Source: an uncultured Acidimicrobiia bacterium
GTDB lineage: Bacteria > Actinomycetota > Acidimicrobiia > Spongiisociales > ZC4RG35
Length of the DNA stretch: 64,000 nt
Reading direction: 5' to 3'
Assembly: GCA_964195235.1 (NCBI GenBank)
Contig: CAXMOW010000005.1
Location: 2,642 to 66,641, forward strand
Both the position numbers and the translations under genes were made by a program. The notes under the pieces are model-generated. The model saw only the letters and a list, made by a program, of their open reading frames with translations, made no database searches and was not told the DNA's origin. Below, piece by piece: positions 1 through 7,630 of this stretch (positions within the stretch are counted from its first letter, which is position 1; each line of letters starts with the position of its first letter).

Positions 1-256
1 GAATTGGCCCGTACACGTGGGGAAACTTCTCTCCCATGTCGTAGAGGTCTTCGTATACGAGTGCTTCGCCAATCACGGTTGAATCGATGGTGAGAAGCAC
101 GAGGTCTTCCCGGTCTTTGTAGAAAGACTCGGCCACCCCAGCCAACTGTGTTTCCGTCGAGCAATGGATGAAACCTTCGGATTCGAAATCGTCCGTTCGA
201 TAGACATCGCTCTTCGCTGCCCAAGCTCCGGGTTCTGCGATGTGATAGATACGCAT
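1..256 (-). CDS. DUF952 family protein (3' end runs off the window)
   Basis: Manual minus-strand translation from ATG at 256: MRIYHIAEPGAWAAKSDVYRTDDFESEGFIHCSTETQLAGVAESFYKDREDLVLLTIDSTVIGEALVYEDLYDMGEKFPHVYGPI. This fits the DUF952 pattern (IYHI..W, EGFIHCS, FPHVYGPI). It is not in the ORF track because no stop lies inside the window. Confidence 0.7.
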   Translation of the reverse strand, partial: MRIYHIAEPGAWAAKSDVYRTDDFESEGFIHCSTETQLAGVAESFYKDREDLVLLTIDSTVIGEALVYEDLYDMGEKFPHVYGPI

Positions 257-276
257 CCTCGTTCAAGATACCGGCA

Positions 277-292
277 TCGAACACACGTTTGG
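277..292. promoter_or_regulatory. Degenerate second LexA (SOS) box, TCGAACacacGTTTGG
   Basis: The left half-site is perfect and the right half-site matches 4/6 against TCGAAC-N4-GTTCGA. It lies in the 73-nt DUF952/lexA divergent spacer. Confidence 0.35.
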
Positions 293-302
293 GTTATCGT
301 GT

Positions 303-318
303 GCGAACACCAGTTCGA
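303..318. promoter_or_regulatory. LexA (SOS) box, GCGAACaccaGTTCGA
   Basis: 11/12 match to the actinobacterial/Gram-positive consensus TCGAAC-N4-GTTCGA. It directly abuts the GAGGAGGAG RBS of lexA (GTG at 330), which indicates autoregulation. Confidence 0.75.
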
Positions 319-329
319 GGAGGAGTCAA

Positions 330-947
330 GTGCTCACCGATCGCCAACAGCAAGTGCTCGACCACATCAAACAGACGGTCAATGACCGCGGCTATCCACC
401 GTCCGTTCGTGAGATCGGCGACGCGGTGGGTCTCAGCTCACCGTCGACCGTCCACTCTCATCTCAACTCACTGGTCAAGGCGGGCATGATCAAGAAGGAC
501 CCTTCAAAACCACGCGCCATCATGATCATGGACCAATCCGAGAGTGCCGCGGCCGACGATCGTCGGATCCGTGACATCCCGGTCCTGGGTCGGATCGCTG
601 CCGGTACCCCAATCCTGGCCGCCGAGCAGGTCGAGGAAATCATGCCACTCCCAACCGAACTTGTAGGCGACGGCCCGGTCTTCCTGCTCGAAGTCAAAGG
701 TGATTCAATGATCGACGCCGGGATTCACGAGGGCGACCTCGTCGCCATTCACAGCCAGCCCGACGCACGTGATGGCGAAATCGTGGCTGCCCTGATCCAC
801 GGTGAGGAAGCCACCGTGAAAAGACTGCGTCGTGAGGGCGGCAAGGTGAGCCTTGTCTCTGAGAATCCGGCTTACGAGCCGATGGTGTTCTCCGAAGGTG
901 TCGAGCTGATCGGCAAAGTGGTCAGCGTTCTCCGGCGTTACCCCTAA
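330..947 (+). CDS. lexA: LexA repressor (SOS regulator, S24 self-cleaving peptidase)
   Basis: 205 aa. N-terminal winged-helix region (LTDRQQQVLDHI..GYPPSVREIGDAVGLSSPSTVHSHL), an Ala-Gly cleavage site (RIAAGTPI), and catalytic Ser (GDSM) and Lys (VKRL). An SOS box lies upstream. Confidence 0.95.
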   Translation: MLTDRQQQVLDHIKQTVNDRGYPPSVREIGDAVGLSSPSTVHSHLNSLVKAGMIKKDPSKPRAIMIMDQSESAAADDRRIRDIPVLGRIAAGTPILAAEQVEEIMPLPTELVGDGPVFLLEVKGDSMIDAGIHEGDLVAIHSQPDARDGEIVAALIHGEEATVKRLRREGGKVSLVSENPAYEPMVFSEGVELIGKVVSVLRRYP

Positions 948-1677
948 ACGAGTATTCGGCAGGGCCACGAAGCCACGCCACCCCGTCCCGAAACTCGACC
1001 TGCCCGGTGCCCCCAGGCACCGAGACGCTGATGGGACTTTCAAGCCCGTCTGTCTTGGTAGCGACAAAAGCGGCTGCGACCATGCCCGATCCGCAAGCCA
1101 GAGTCTCGCCGACGCCCCGTTCCCAAACACGCATATGAACAGAACCATCGACAATCGATATGAATTCGACGTTCGTTCCGTTTTGGAAAACGTCTTCGGT
1201 CTGGAGCTTCTCGCCGATAGCCGCCACGTTTGAGGCGTCCGGATCGTCGACGACTACAACGGCGTGCGGATTCCCCACATCCACGAGGTGATATTGCTCT
1301 CCATCGATGTTGGCATGGCCGGCAACACTCGGTCGTCCGATTTGGGCCTCGATCCTGTCCTCGAGGACACGTACTCCCCTATCCCCCACCGGAGTTGCCA
1401 CGGCAAAGTTGCGGTCCATGGCCCATCCCTTGTCGTACACGTAGCGGGCCACACAGCGAAGCCCGTTGCCACACGTCTCCGCTTGGCTTCCGTCGGCGTT
1501 CCAGTACTCCATGCGTACCGGATCCAGTTTGGTGACGACAAGCACACCATCGGCGCCGACGCCACGACGACGGTCGCAGACTTCGATGATCTCCTCGACT
1601 GACAAATGCACCGGGCCATCGAGAACTACGAAGTCGTTGCCGAGACCCTGCATCTTGGTGAAAGACAGGTTTCTCAC
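922..1677 (-). CDS. dapF: Diaminopimelate epimerase
   Basis: 251 aa. FTKMQGLGNDFVVLD N-terminus and two catalytic Cys contexts (ETCGNGLRC, LACGSGM). GTG start overlaps the miaA stop (GTGA). Confidence 0.9.
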   Translation of the reverse strand: MRNLSFTKMQGLGNDFVVLDGPVHLSVEEIIEVCDRRRGVGADGVLVVTKLDPVRMEYWNADGSQAETCGNGLRCVARYVYDKGWAMDRNFAVATPVGDRGVRVLEDRIEAQIGRPSVAGHANIDGEQYHLVDVGNPHAVVVVDDPDASNVAAIGEKLQTEDVFQNGTNVEFISIVDGSVHMRVWERGVGETLACGSGMVAAAFVATKTDGLESPISVSVPGGTGQVEFRDGVAWLRGPAEYSFRGNAGER

Positions 1678-2558
1678 TTCAGGGCCTCCAGAGTCCGTTT
1701 GACACGCTCATCGCTGTGGTTGAGCCACGGTATCCAGCGTATCCGAGGATCACGCTGAAACCAGGTTCGCTGTTTCTTCGCAAGCCTTTTGGTGTTTCTC
1801 GAGATGGCTTGGAATGTCTCGTCGACGTCGATCATGCCGGCGAGATGATCCAGTATCTCGCGATATCCGACTGCGGATGCAGCCGTTCGGCCAATACGAG
1901 CCTGCAGGGCCTTTACTTCCTCGATCAGACCGCCATGTCTCATCTCGTTGAGACGTTGGTCGACACGCATCCCGAGCTGATCTCCAGGATCGATGCCGAC
2001 TGCGGTGAATTCGATCTCCGATTTGTATCTACGAATATCCTCGGCCTCGGCCGACCGCGCTCGCTGGGATGGTGTTTCACCGGTGAGGCGAAAAATCTCT
2101 ACCGCTCGAACGACTCGACGAGTATTCGCCAAGTCAACATGGTTCCCAGCCGCTGCATCGGCAGCCACAATTTCAGCCACCAACGCCGCTTTCTCAGTCC
2201 CTTCCAACATCGATTTCAACGCTTCGTCGGTAGGGGCAAAACTCATTGGATCGACCAAAGCCCGAAAGTGGAGCCCCGAACCCCCGGAAATGACCAGGGG
2301 AACCTCGGATGAGTCCATGATCCCTCGGGCTTGTCGGCGAAATTCGGCGACTGAGAACTCATCTTTCGGGTCGGCCACATCGATCATGTGATGTACGACA
2401 TCTCTCCGCTGTATCAGATTCGGTTTGGCGGTACCGACATCCATACCCCGATAGACCTGCATTGAATCAACAGAGATGACATCGGCGCCGAGACGCTTGG
2501 CAACGTCGACCGCCACCGCTGTCTTGCCCGACGCGGTAGGGCCGACAATCGCCACCAC
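1674..2558 (-). CDS. miaA: tRNA dimethylallyltransferase
   Basis: 294 aa. P-loop IVGPTASGKTAVAV, DSMQVYRGMDVGTAKP, and a conserved C-terminal KRQRTWFR-like segment (KKQRTWFQRD). Confidence 0.9.
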   Translation of the reverse strand: MVAIVGPTASGKTAVAVDVAKRLGADVISVDSMQVYRGMDVGTAKPNLIQRRDVVHHMIDVADPKDEFSVAEFRRQARGIMDSSEVPLVISGGSGLHFRALVDPMSFAPTDEALKSMLEGTEKAALVAEIVAADAAAGNHVDLANTRRVVRAVEIFRLTGETPSQRARSAEAEDIRRYKSEIEFTAVGIDPGDQLGMRVDQRLNEMRHGGLIEEVKALQARIGRTAASAVGYREILDHLAGMIDVDETFQAISRNTKRLAKKQRTWFQRDPRIRWIPWLNHSDERVKRTLEALK

Positions 2559-2563
2559 TCGGC

Positions 2564-3949
2564 TCAGACAGGGCTCCCCATCAGATAATGTTGTGCTGCT
2601 TTATCGATTTCGACGTTGATGAAAGTGCCTGGCGGGTATTCACCTGGGACGTGCACCAATTTACCGGTCCGGGAGCGTGTAGTAGCCACATCGGACCGTT
2701 TTTTCGAAGGCCCCTCCGAGAGCACACTCATCCGGGATCCCACCATCTCTCGATTGAGTTCCTCTGAAATCCTGTTCTGGGCTTCGACCAAACGGGCAAA
2801 TCGTTCCTGGATAACTTCTGCGGGAACGAACTCATCGGTCATCAGCGCTGCCCGTGTCCCGGGCCGTGGCGAAAAAATGAACGTAAATGCCTGATCGAAC
2901 CTGGCTTCCTCGATTACTTCCATGGTGAGCTCGAAGTCCCGGTCGGTCTCTCCGGGGAATCCAACGATGATGTCCGTCGAGACGGCAAGACCGGGGATAA
3001 GCCGACGGGCCATCGCCAAGCGCTCCATGTACTTCCGCCTGTTGTAGCCCCGGTGCATGTCACGCAGGATCCGATCTGACCCGGACTGGAGCGGAAAGTG
3101 AAGCTGCTCACAGACCGCCGCAGTTTCAGCCATCGCCAGAGCCACATCCTCGCGGAAGTCGTTGGGATGAGGACTTGTGAACCGAACTCGCTCGATCCCA
3201 CCGACATCACCGACTCTGCGGAGCAAGTCTCCGAAGATCGGCCGTCTCTTCCCGTCAATAGCCAGATCACGGCCGTAGGTATCGACGTTTTGACCGAGAA
3301 GCGTGACCTCAACCACACCGTCGTTGGAAAGCCGTTCGATTTCATGGACGATGTCGCCTGGGCGGCGAGAGACTTCGACACCCCGGACGGAGGGGACGAT
3401 GCAAAATGTGCAGCTGTTGTTACAGCCGACCTGGATCGTCACCCATGCCGAGTGAACCAACTCGCGGCGTGTCGGAAGAGAGCTTGGCATCGCCTGAAGC
3501 TCATCGACAACCTCGGTGATCGGACCCCATTGCTCGGCATGGTCCATCAGGTCGAGCACACGATCGAGGTTGTGGGTGCCCATGACCACGTCTACCCACG
3601 GAGCCTTCTCTCTGATCAGGTCACGATCCTTCTGGGCGGCGCAACCGCCGACCACCAGGAGCATCTCCGGATTGACATCTTTGATCGCTTTCAACTGGCC
3701 GAGGTTGCCGTACATTCGGTTGTCGGCGTTCTCCCTGATGGTGCAGGTGTTGACATAGACGACGTCAGCGGTGTCGAAGCCGTCGGTGGCCGTCATCCCA
3801 TCAAGCTCTAGCTGGCCAGCAATGCGTTCCGAGTCGTGTTCGTTCATCTGACAGCCGAATGTGCGGATGAAGTACTGCTTACCAACGCGCGTCGGCATGC
3901 GATGAACCCGCTCACGGGTGGTTGGCTCTGGAAGTAGTACTTGGGTCAT
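2564..3949 (-). CDS. miaB: tRNA-i6A37 methylthiotransferase (radical SAM MTTase)
   Basis: 461 aa. UPF0004 domain (FIRTFGCQMNEHDSE), radical-SAM motif CNNSCTFCIVP, and a C-terminal TRAM domain. Confidence 0.93.
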   Translation of the reverse strand: MTQVLLPEPTTRERVHRMPTRVGKQYFIRTFGCQMNEHDSERIAGQLELDGMTATDGFDTADVVYVNTCTIRENADNRMYGNLGQLKAIKDVNPEMLLVVGGCAAQKDRDLIREKAPWVDVVMGTHNLDRVLDLMDHAEQWGPITEVVDELQAMPSSLPTRRELVHSAWVTIQVGCNNSCTFCIVPSVRGVEVSRRPGDIVHEIERLSNDGVVEVTLLGQNVDTYGRDLAIDGKRRPIFGDLLRRVGDVGGIERVRFTSPHPNDFREDVALAMAETAAVCEQLHFPLQSGSDRILRDMHRGYNRRKYMERLAMARRLIPGLAVSTDIIVGFPGETDRDFELTMEVIEEARFDQAFTFIFSPRPGTRAALMTDEFVPAEVIQERFARLVEAQNRISEELNREMVGSRMSVLSEGPSKKRSDVATTRSRTGKLVHVPGEYPPGTFINVEIDKAAQHYLMGSPV

Positions 3950-3962
3950 GAGGTCGCTGACC

Positions 3963-5504
3963 TCAGCGTGCGTAGTCGGTTGCCCGAAACTCCCGGATCA
4001 CCGTGACCTGTATCTGTCCCGGGTACTGAAGGTCTTCCTCCAGTTTACGGGAGATCGCGCGGGAAAGCTCCCTGGCGTGCAGGTCGGACACCTCACCCGG
4101 ATCGACCATCACCCGAACCTCTCTACCGGCCTGAAGGGCAAAGACCTCTTCGACTCCGGAGAACTCCATCGCAATGCTCTCTAACCGCTCGAGACGTTTC
4201 ACATAACCTTCAAGTGTCTCGCGGCGGGCACCGGGTCTAGCGGCAGACACCGCGTCGGCGGCTTGAACAATCACGGCGAGCACCGTCCTCGGCTCCACTT
4301 CGTTGTGATGGGCCTCGATTCCATGCACCACGGCAGGGTCCTCATCAAAACGGCGGGCGATTTCGGCGCCTATCAGCGCATGGGAGCCCTCTACCTCATG
4401 GGTCACAGCCTTTCCGATGTCATGGAGAAGGGCAGCTCGTTTCACCGGGGCGGGGTCGATGTTGAGCTCCGACGCCAACATCGAGGCTATGTGAGCGGTT
4501 TCGACGAGATGGTTGAGAACATTCTGACCGTATGAAGTCCGATACTTGAGCCGACCCATCAACGTGATCAATTCGGAATTCATCCGCGACACCCCGACCT
4601 CGACGAGGGCCCATTCTCCGGCGTCCCTGATCGATGTCTCGACCTCGGCCTTGGCCTTCTCGTGGGCTTCTTCAATGGAAGCTGGGTGGATACGCCCATC
4701 TGCGACCAGCTTCTCGACCGTGATCCGAGCAACCTCACGTCGCACCGGATCGAACGAACTGACCGAAACTGCCTCTGGGGTGTCGTCGACGATGAGGTTG
4801 GTCCCGGTGACTGATTCGAGGTGACGAATATTGCGTCCCTCACGGCCGATGATCCGACCTTTCATCTCATCCGACGGAAGTTGGACAACTGACACGGTTG
4901 ATTCGCTAACCACTTCTGAGGCGAGCCGTTGGATGGCAGTAGCCAGAATACGCCGAGCCCTGCGGTCTGCCTCTTCACGAGCCTTGATCTCGAGATCTCT
5001 GACAACAATCATCGCCTCGCGACGGGCCTCATCCTCCACTTGTTCCAACATCTCCTCTTTGGCGGCAGCGACGTCGATACCTGATATCTGCTCCAAGCGG
5101 TAACGAGCGTCTTCCTTGAGGTGCTCCAACTCACCACGTGATGTGGTCAGTTCGTCCTCGCGGTCGATGAGAACCGTTTCCCGCTGGGCCAGATTCGATG
5201 CGCGCTGTTCAAGCGTTTCCTCGCGCTGTGCAAGGCGCGATTCGAGGTTGGAAAGTTCGAGGCGGCGGTGGGCCATCGCTTCTTCCTCGCGCTCTCGATA
5301 CGTCTCAGCCTTGGCTCGTCCTTCGTCTTCAGCCGATCCAAGGATGCGCTGGGCATCAGCGCGAGCGCTGCTAACCATGCCCTCAGCGGAGACACCATCG
5401 CGCTCACGGCGGCGAGCGATGGAAAGTCGGGCAAGCAGATACCCAAACCCGAGACCGATAGCAACCCCCGCGACTGCCAGTCCTATTGCCACGGCATTAC
5501 TCAT
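3963..5504 (-). CDS. rny: Ribonuclease Y
   Basis: 513 aa. N-terminal TM helix, a long coiled-coil, a KH domain (GRIIGREGRNIRHLESVTG) and an HD domain (LLHDIGK..HH). RBS GAAGGAAGGGA lies upstream. Confidence 0.9.
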   Translation of the reverse strand: MSNAVAIGLAVAGVAIGLGFGYLLARLSIARRRERDGVSAEGMVSSARADAQRILGSAEDEGRAKAETYREREEEAMAHRRLELSNLESRLAQREETLEQRASNLAQRETVLIDREDELTTSRGELEHLKEDARYRLEQISGIDVAAAKEEMLEQVEDEARREAMIVVRDLEIKAREEADRRARRILATAIQRLASEVVSESTVSVVQLPSDEMKGRIIGREGRNIRHLESVTGTNLIVDDTPEAVSVSSFDPVRREVARITVEKLVADGRIHPASIEEAHEKAKAEVETSIRDAGEWALVEVGVSRMNSELITLMGRLKYRTSYGQNVLNHLVETAHIASMLASELNIDPAPVKRAALLHDIGKAVTHEVEGSHALIGAEIARRFDEDPAVVHGIEAHHNEVEPRTVLAVIVQAADAVSAARPGARRETLEGYVKRLERLESIAMEFSGVEEVFALQAGREVRVMVDPGEVSDLHARELSRAISRKLEEDLQYPGQIQVTVIREFRATDYAR

Positions 5505-5540
5505 CGTGGTCCCTTCCTTCGGGACCTAAAACACAATGTG

Positions 5541-5560
5541 GCCGGACCCTCAGGTCCGGC
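5541..5560 (-). terminator. Hairpin GCCGGACC-ctca-GGTCCGGC between recA and rny (possible recA terminator or attenuator)
   Basis: Perfect 8-bp GC-rich stem. On the minus strand it is followed by cacattgtgtttt. It lies about 215 nt after the recA stop and about 37 nt before the rny start. Confidence 0.3.
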
Positions 5561-5774
5561 ACACGAAACAAGTAGCCAACTGGAAAGGGGCTAGATCACC
5601 CTGCTTTTCGTTCGCTCCTTCTGTACATGTCTCTTAGGTTCCGACGTTCTTGATTCAAAGCTATTTCGTGTGAGGTCTCAATGGTAGTCACATCAGGGGA
5701 CTCACATAACAAGAAAAGTCGCGAAATCTTGCGCTTCACCTTCTGCTCGCTCAGGGCGACACAAGCCGTCTGGA

Positions 5775-6911
5775 TTACTCCTCCGGAGCGACCACTTCCG
5801 TTTCCTCAACACCGTCGCCGGCTTCGGCTCCCGCTTCGGCTCCCGCTTCGGCTCCCGCTTCGGCTCCCGCTTCGGCTCCCGCTTCGATCTTGTCGTCGTC
5901 GTCGCTTTCGGTCATGCCGACCGCTTCGTACACCTTGGCCTGGAGTTGCATCGCAAGTTCGGGGTTCTCCCGGAGGAAACGTTTTGAGTTTTCCCGACCT
6001 TGCCCCAGCTGATCTTCGTCAAAGGTAAACCAAGCACCACTCTTACGAACCACACCGTTGTCAACGGCCACATCAAGCAGGCTTCCCTCACGGGAGATTC
6101 CGTGCCCGAACATGATGTCGAATTCAGCCAACCTGAACGGCGGGGCCATCTTGTTCTTGGCGACCTTCACACGGACCCGGTTTCCCACATTCTCGGTGCC
6201 ATCTTTGATCGCTTCGATACGACGGATGTCGAGACGCATCGATGAATAGAACTTGAGCGCCCGACCACCGGGGGTTGTCTCAGGTGAACCGAACATCACA
6301 CCGATCTTTTCCCGCAACTGGTTGATGAAGATGGCGGTGGTCCTCGATTTGCTCAAGGTTCCCGCCAGCTTGCGCAAGGCCTGCGACATCAAACGAGCCT
6401 GGAGACCCATGTGAGAATCGCCCATCTCGCCTTCGATCTCGGCTCTGGGGACCAGGGCTGCCACCGAGTCGATAACCACCACGTCGAGGGCGCCTGAGCG
6501 GATCAGCATGTCTGCAATCTCGAGGGCCTGTTCGCCAGTATCGGGCTGAGAAATCAACATCTCGTCGACGTCAACACCGAGCGCCTTGGCATATATCGGA
6601 TCGAGAGCATGCTCGGCGTCAATGAAAGCTGCGATGCCACCATTGCGCTGTGCTTCAGCGACGATATGAAGGGCAAGAGTTGTCTTTCCTGAGCTTTCCG
6701 GCCCGTAAATCTCGACGACACGACCACGGGGCACACCTCCGATTCCCAGGGCGAGATCCAGAGACAATGCCCCGGTCGGAATGATGTCGATGCTGCGTTG
6801 CGCAGCCTCACCCATTTTCATGATGGCGCCTTTGCCAAACTGACGCTCAATCTGACTGACCGCCATGTCGAGTGCGTTTTCTCGTTCCACTTCGCGTCCT
6901 TCCTGACTCAT
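5775..6911 (-). CDS. recA: Recombinase RecA with an extended repeat-containing acidic C-terminal tail
   Basis: 378 aa. Walker [13 protein letters not shown], and the L1/L2 regions are conserved. The C-terminal tail reads ..[43 protein letters not shown]. Confidence 0.97.
   Translation of the reverse strand: MSQEGREVERENALDMAVSQIERQFGKGAIMKMGEAAQRSIDIIPTGALSLDLALGIGGVPRGRVVEIYGPESSGKTTLALHIVAEAQRNGGIAAFIDAEHALDPIYAKALGVDVDEMLISQPDTGEQALEIADMLIRSGALDVVVIDSVAALVPRAEIEGEMGDSHMGLQARLMSQALRKLAGTLSKSRTTAIFINQLREKIGVMFGSPETTPGGRALKFYSSMRLDIRRIEAIKDGTENVGNRVRVKVAKNKMAPPFRLAEFDIMFGHGISREGSLLDVAVDNGVVRKSGAWFTFDEDQLGQGRENSKRFLRENPELAMQLQAKVYEAVGMTESDDDDKIEAGAEAGAEAGAEAGAEAGAEAGDGVEETEVVAPEE
5821..5886. 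repeat. Direct tandem repeat (gcttcggctccc) x5.5 inside the recA 3' end
   Basis: Five perfect 12-nt units at 5821-5880 plus a half unit. In the recA frame it encodes (EAGA)n. Confidence 0.95.
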
Positions 6912-6919
6912 TAAATATC

Positions 6920-6942
6920 ACCGTATCGGGTGGCTCTGACAA
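6920..6942 (-). promoter_or_regulatory. RecA-NDp (PafBC-type) promoter-like element, TTGTCAGAG-N8-TACGGT
   Basis: The minus strand reads cTTGTCAGAGccacccgaTACGGTgatatttaATG. This fits tTGTCRgtg-8nt-TAnnnT. The -10 element ends 8 nt before the recA ATG, so the transcript would be leaderless or nearly so. Confidence 0.55.
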
Positions 6943-6961
6943 GAATTCTGAAAGCATAGAC

Positions 6962-6975
6962 CGAACACATGTTCG
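6962..6975. promoter_or_regulatory. LexA (SOS) box, CGAACacatGTTCG, upstream of recA
   Basis: Perfect CGAAC-N4-GTTCG core about 50 nt upstream of the recA start. It sits just upstream of a TATGCT -10-like hexamer (6953-6958, minus strand). Confidence 0.8.
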
Positions 6976-7069
6976 CAACGTGGATTCAGGGCAAACAAGG
7001 GAAGAAGGCCATTCCTCAGCCCCCTCGACATCAGGTACCACTGGCGCGGCACGGTCAGGCACGCGTGAC

Positions 7070-7630
7070 CTATATGTGATTGTTGGCAGGACTGAACCCG
7101 AATCGCTCCAACACCTCATAACTGGCCTCTCCGCTGCCAAAGTGGCTCCGGAACAACACGAGCTGATCCGCCTTCCACCCCAGATCAACGTGCTGTTCGA
7201 CTAATTGGGTGACGTCCTTCTGAGGACGGACTCGAGCCAGGGTGACGTGAGGATGAAAGGGGCGCTCTTCCGGCCCGAGACCTGCTGACTGAGCGGCGGT
7301 CTCTGTGATCTCGTTGAGCTCGCCAAGAGAGCCAGAACTGTCTACAACGCCTGCCCACACCACAGTCGCTTTCCTCGGATTAGGGAACGCACCCAAACCT
7401 GTCAGCCGAATCGAGAAAGACATCGGCATCTCAGCCTCAGCCAGAACTGCCAGAAATCGTTCGTAGGCGACTTGATCGACTGACCCAAGAAATCGGACGG
7501 TGATATGCCAATTCTCGGGTGGCACCACCTTGCCGGGAATGTCGATTCCGTTTATCCGATCCGCCAGAGCAAGCTTTATCTCATGCGGTAGTGGGACGGC
7601 GGCGAAGACCCTGCCTACGGTTTCCACCAC
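7070..7630 (-). CDS. thpR: RNA 2',3'-cyclic phosphodiesterase (2H / LigT-ThpR family)
   Basis: 186 aa. Two H-x-T motifs (NWHITVRFLG and HPHVTLARV). GTG start overlaps the cinA 3' end. Confidence 0.8.
   Translation of the reverse strand: MVETVGRVFAAVPLPHEIKLALADRINGIDIPGKVVPPENWHITVRFLGSVDQVAYERFLAVLAEAEMPMSFSIRLTGLGAFPNPRKATVVWAGVVDSSGSLGELNEITETAAQSAGLGPEERPFHPHVTLARVRPQKDVTQLVEQHVDLGWKADQLVLFRSHFGSGEASYEVLERFGFSPANNHI

Noticed and set aside
922-947. Convergent 3'-end overlaps: lexA/dapF (26 nt), enoyl-CoA hydratase/nuclease-like ORF (50584..50600), glpD/lipoprotein (37624..37627) and kinase-LLM/SulP (31861..31864).
   Set aside because: Short tail-to-tail overlaps are common in compact GC-rich genomes. 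There is no evidence of antisense regulation beyond the overlap itself.
5681-6028. Plus-strand ORF (115 aa) with a striking (RLPL)n repeat.
   Set aside because: It is the antisense reading of the 12-nt tandem repeat inside the well-supported recA gene, so it is a shadow ORF and not a separate gene.
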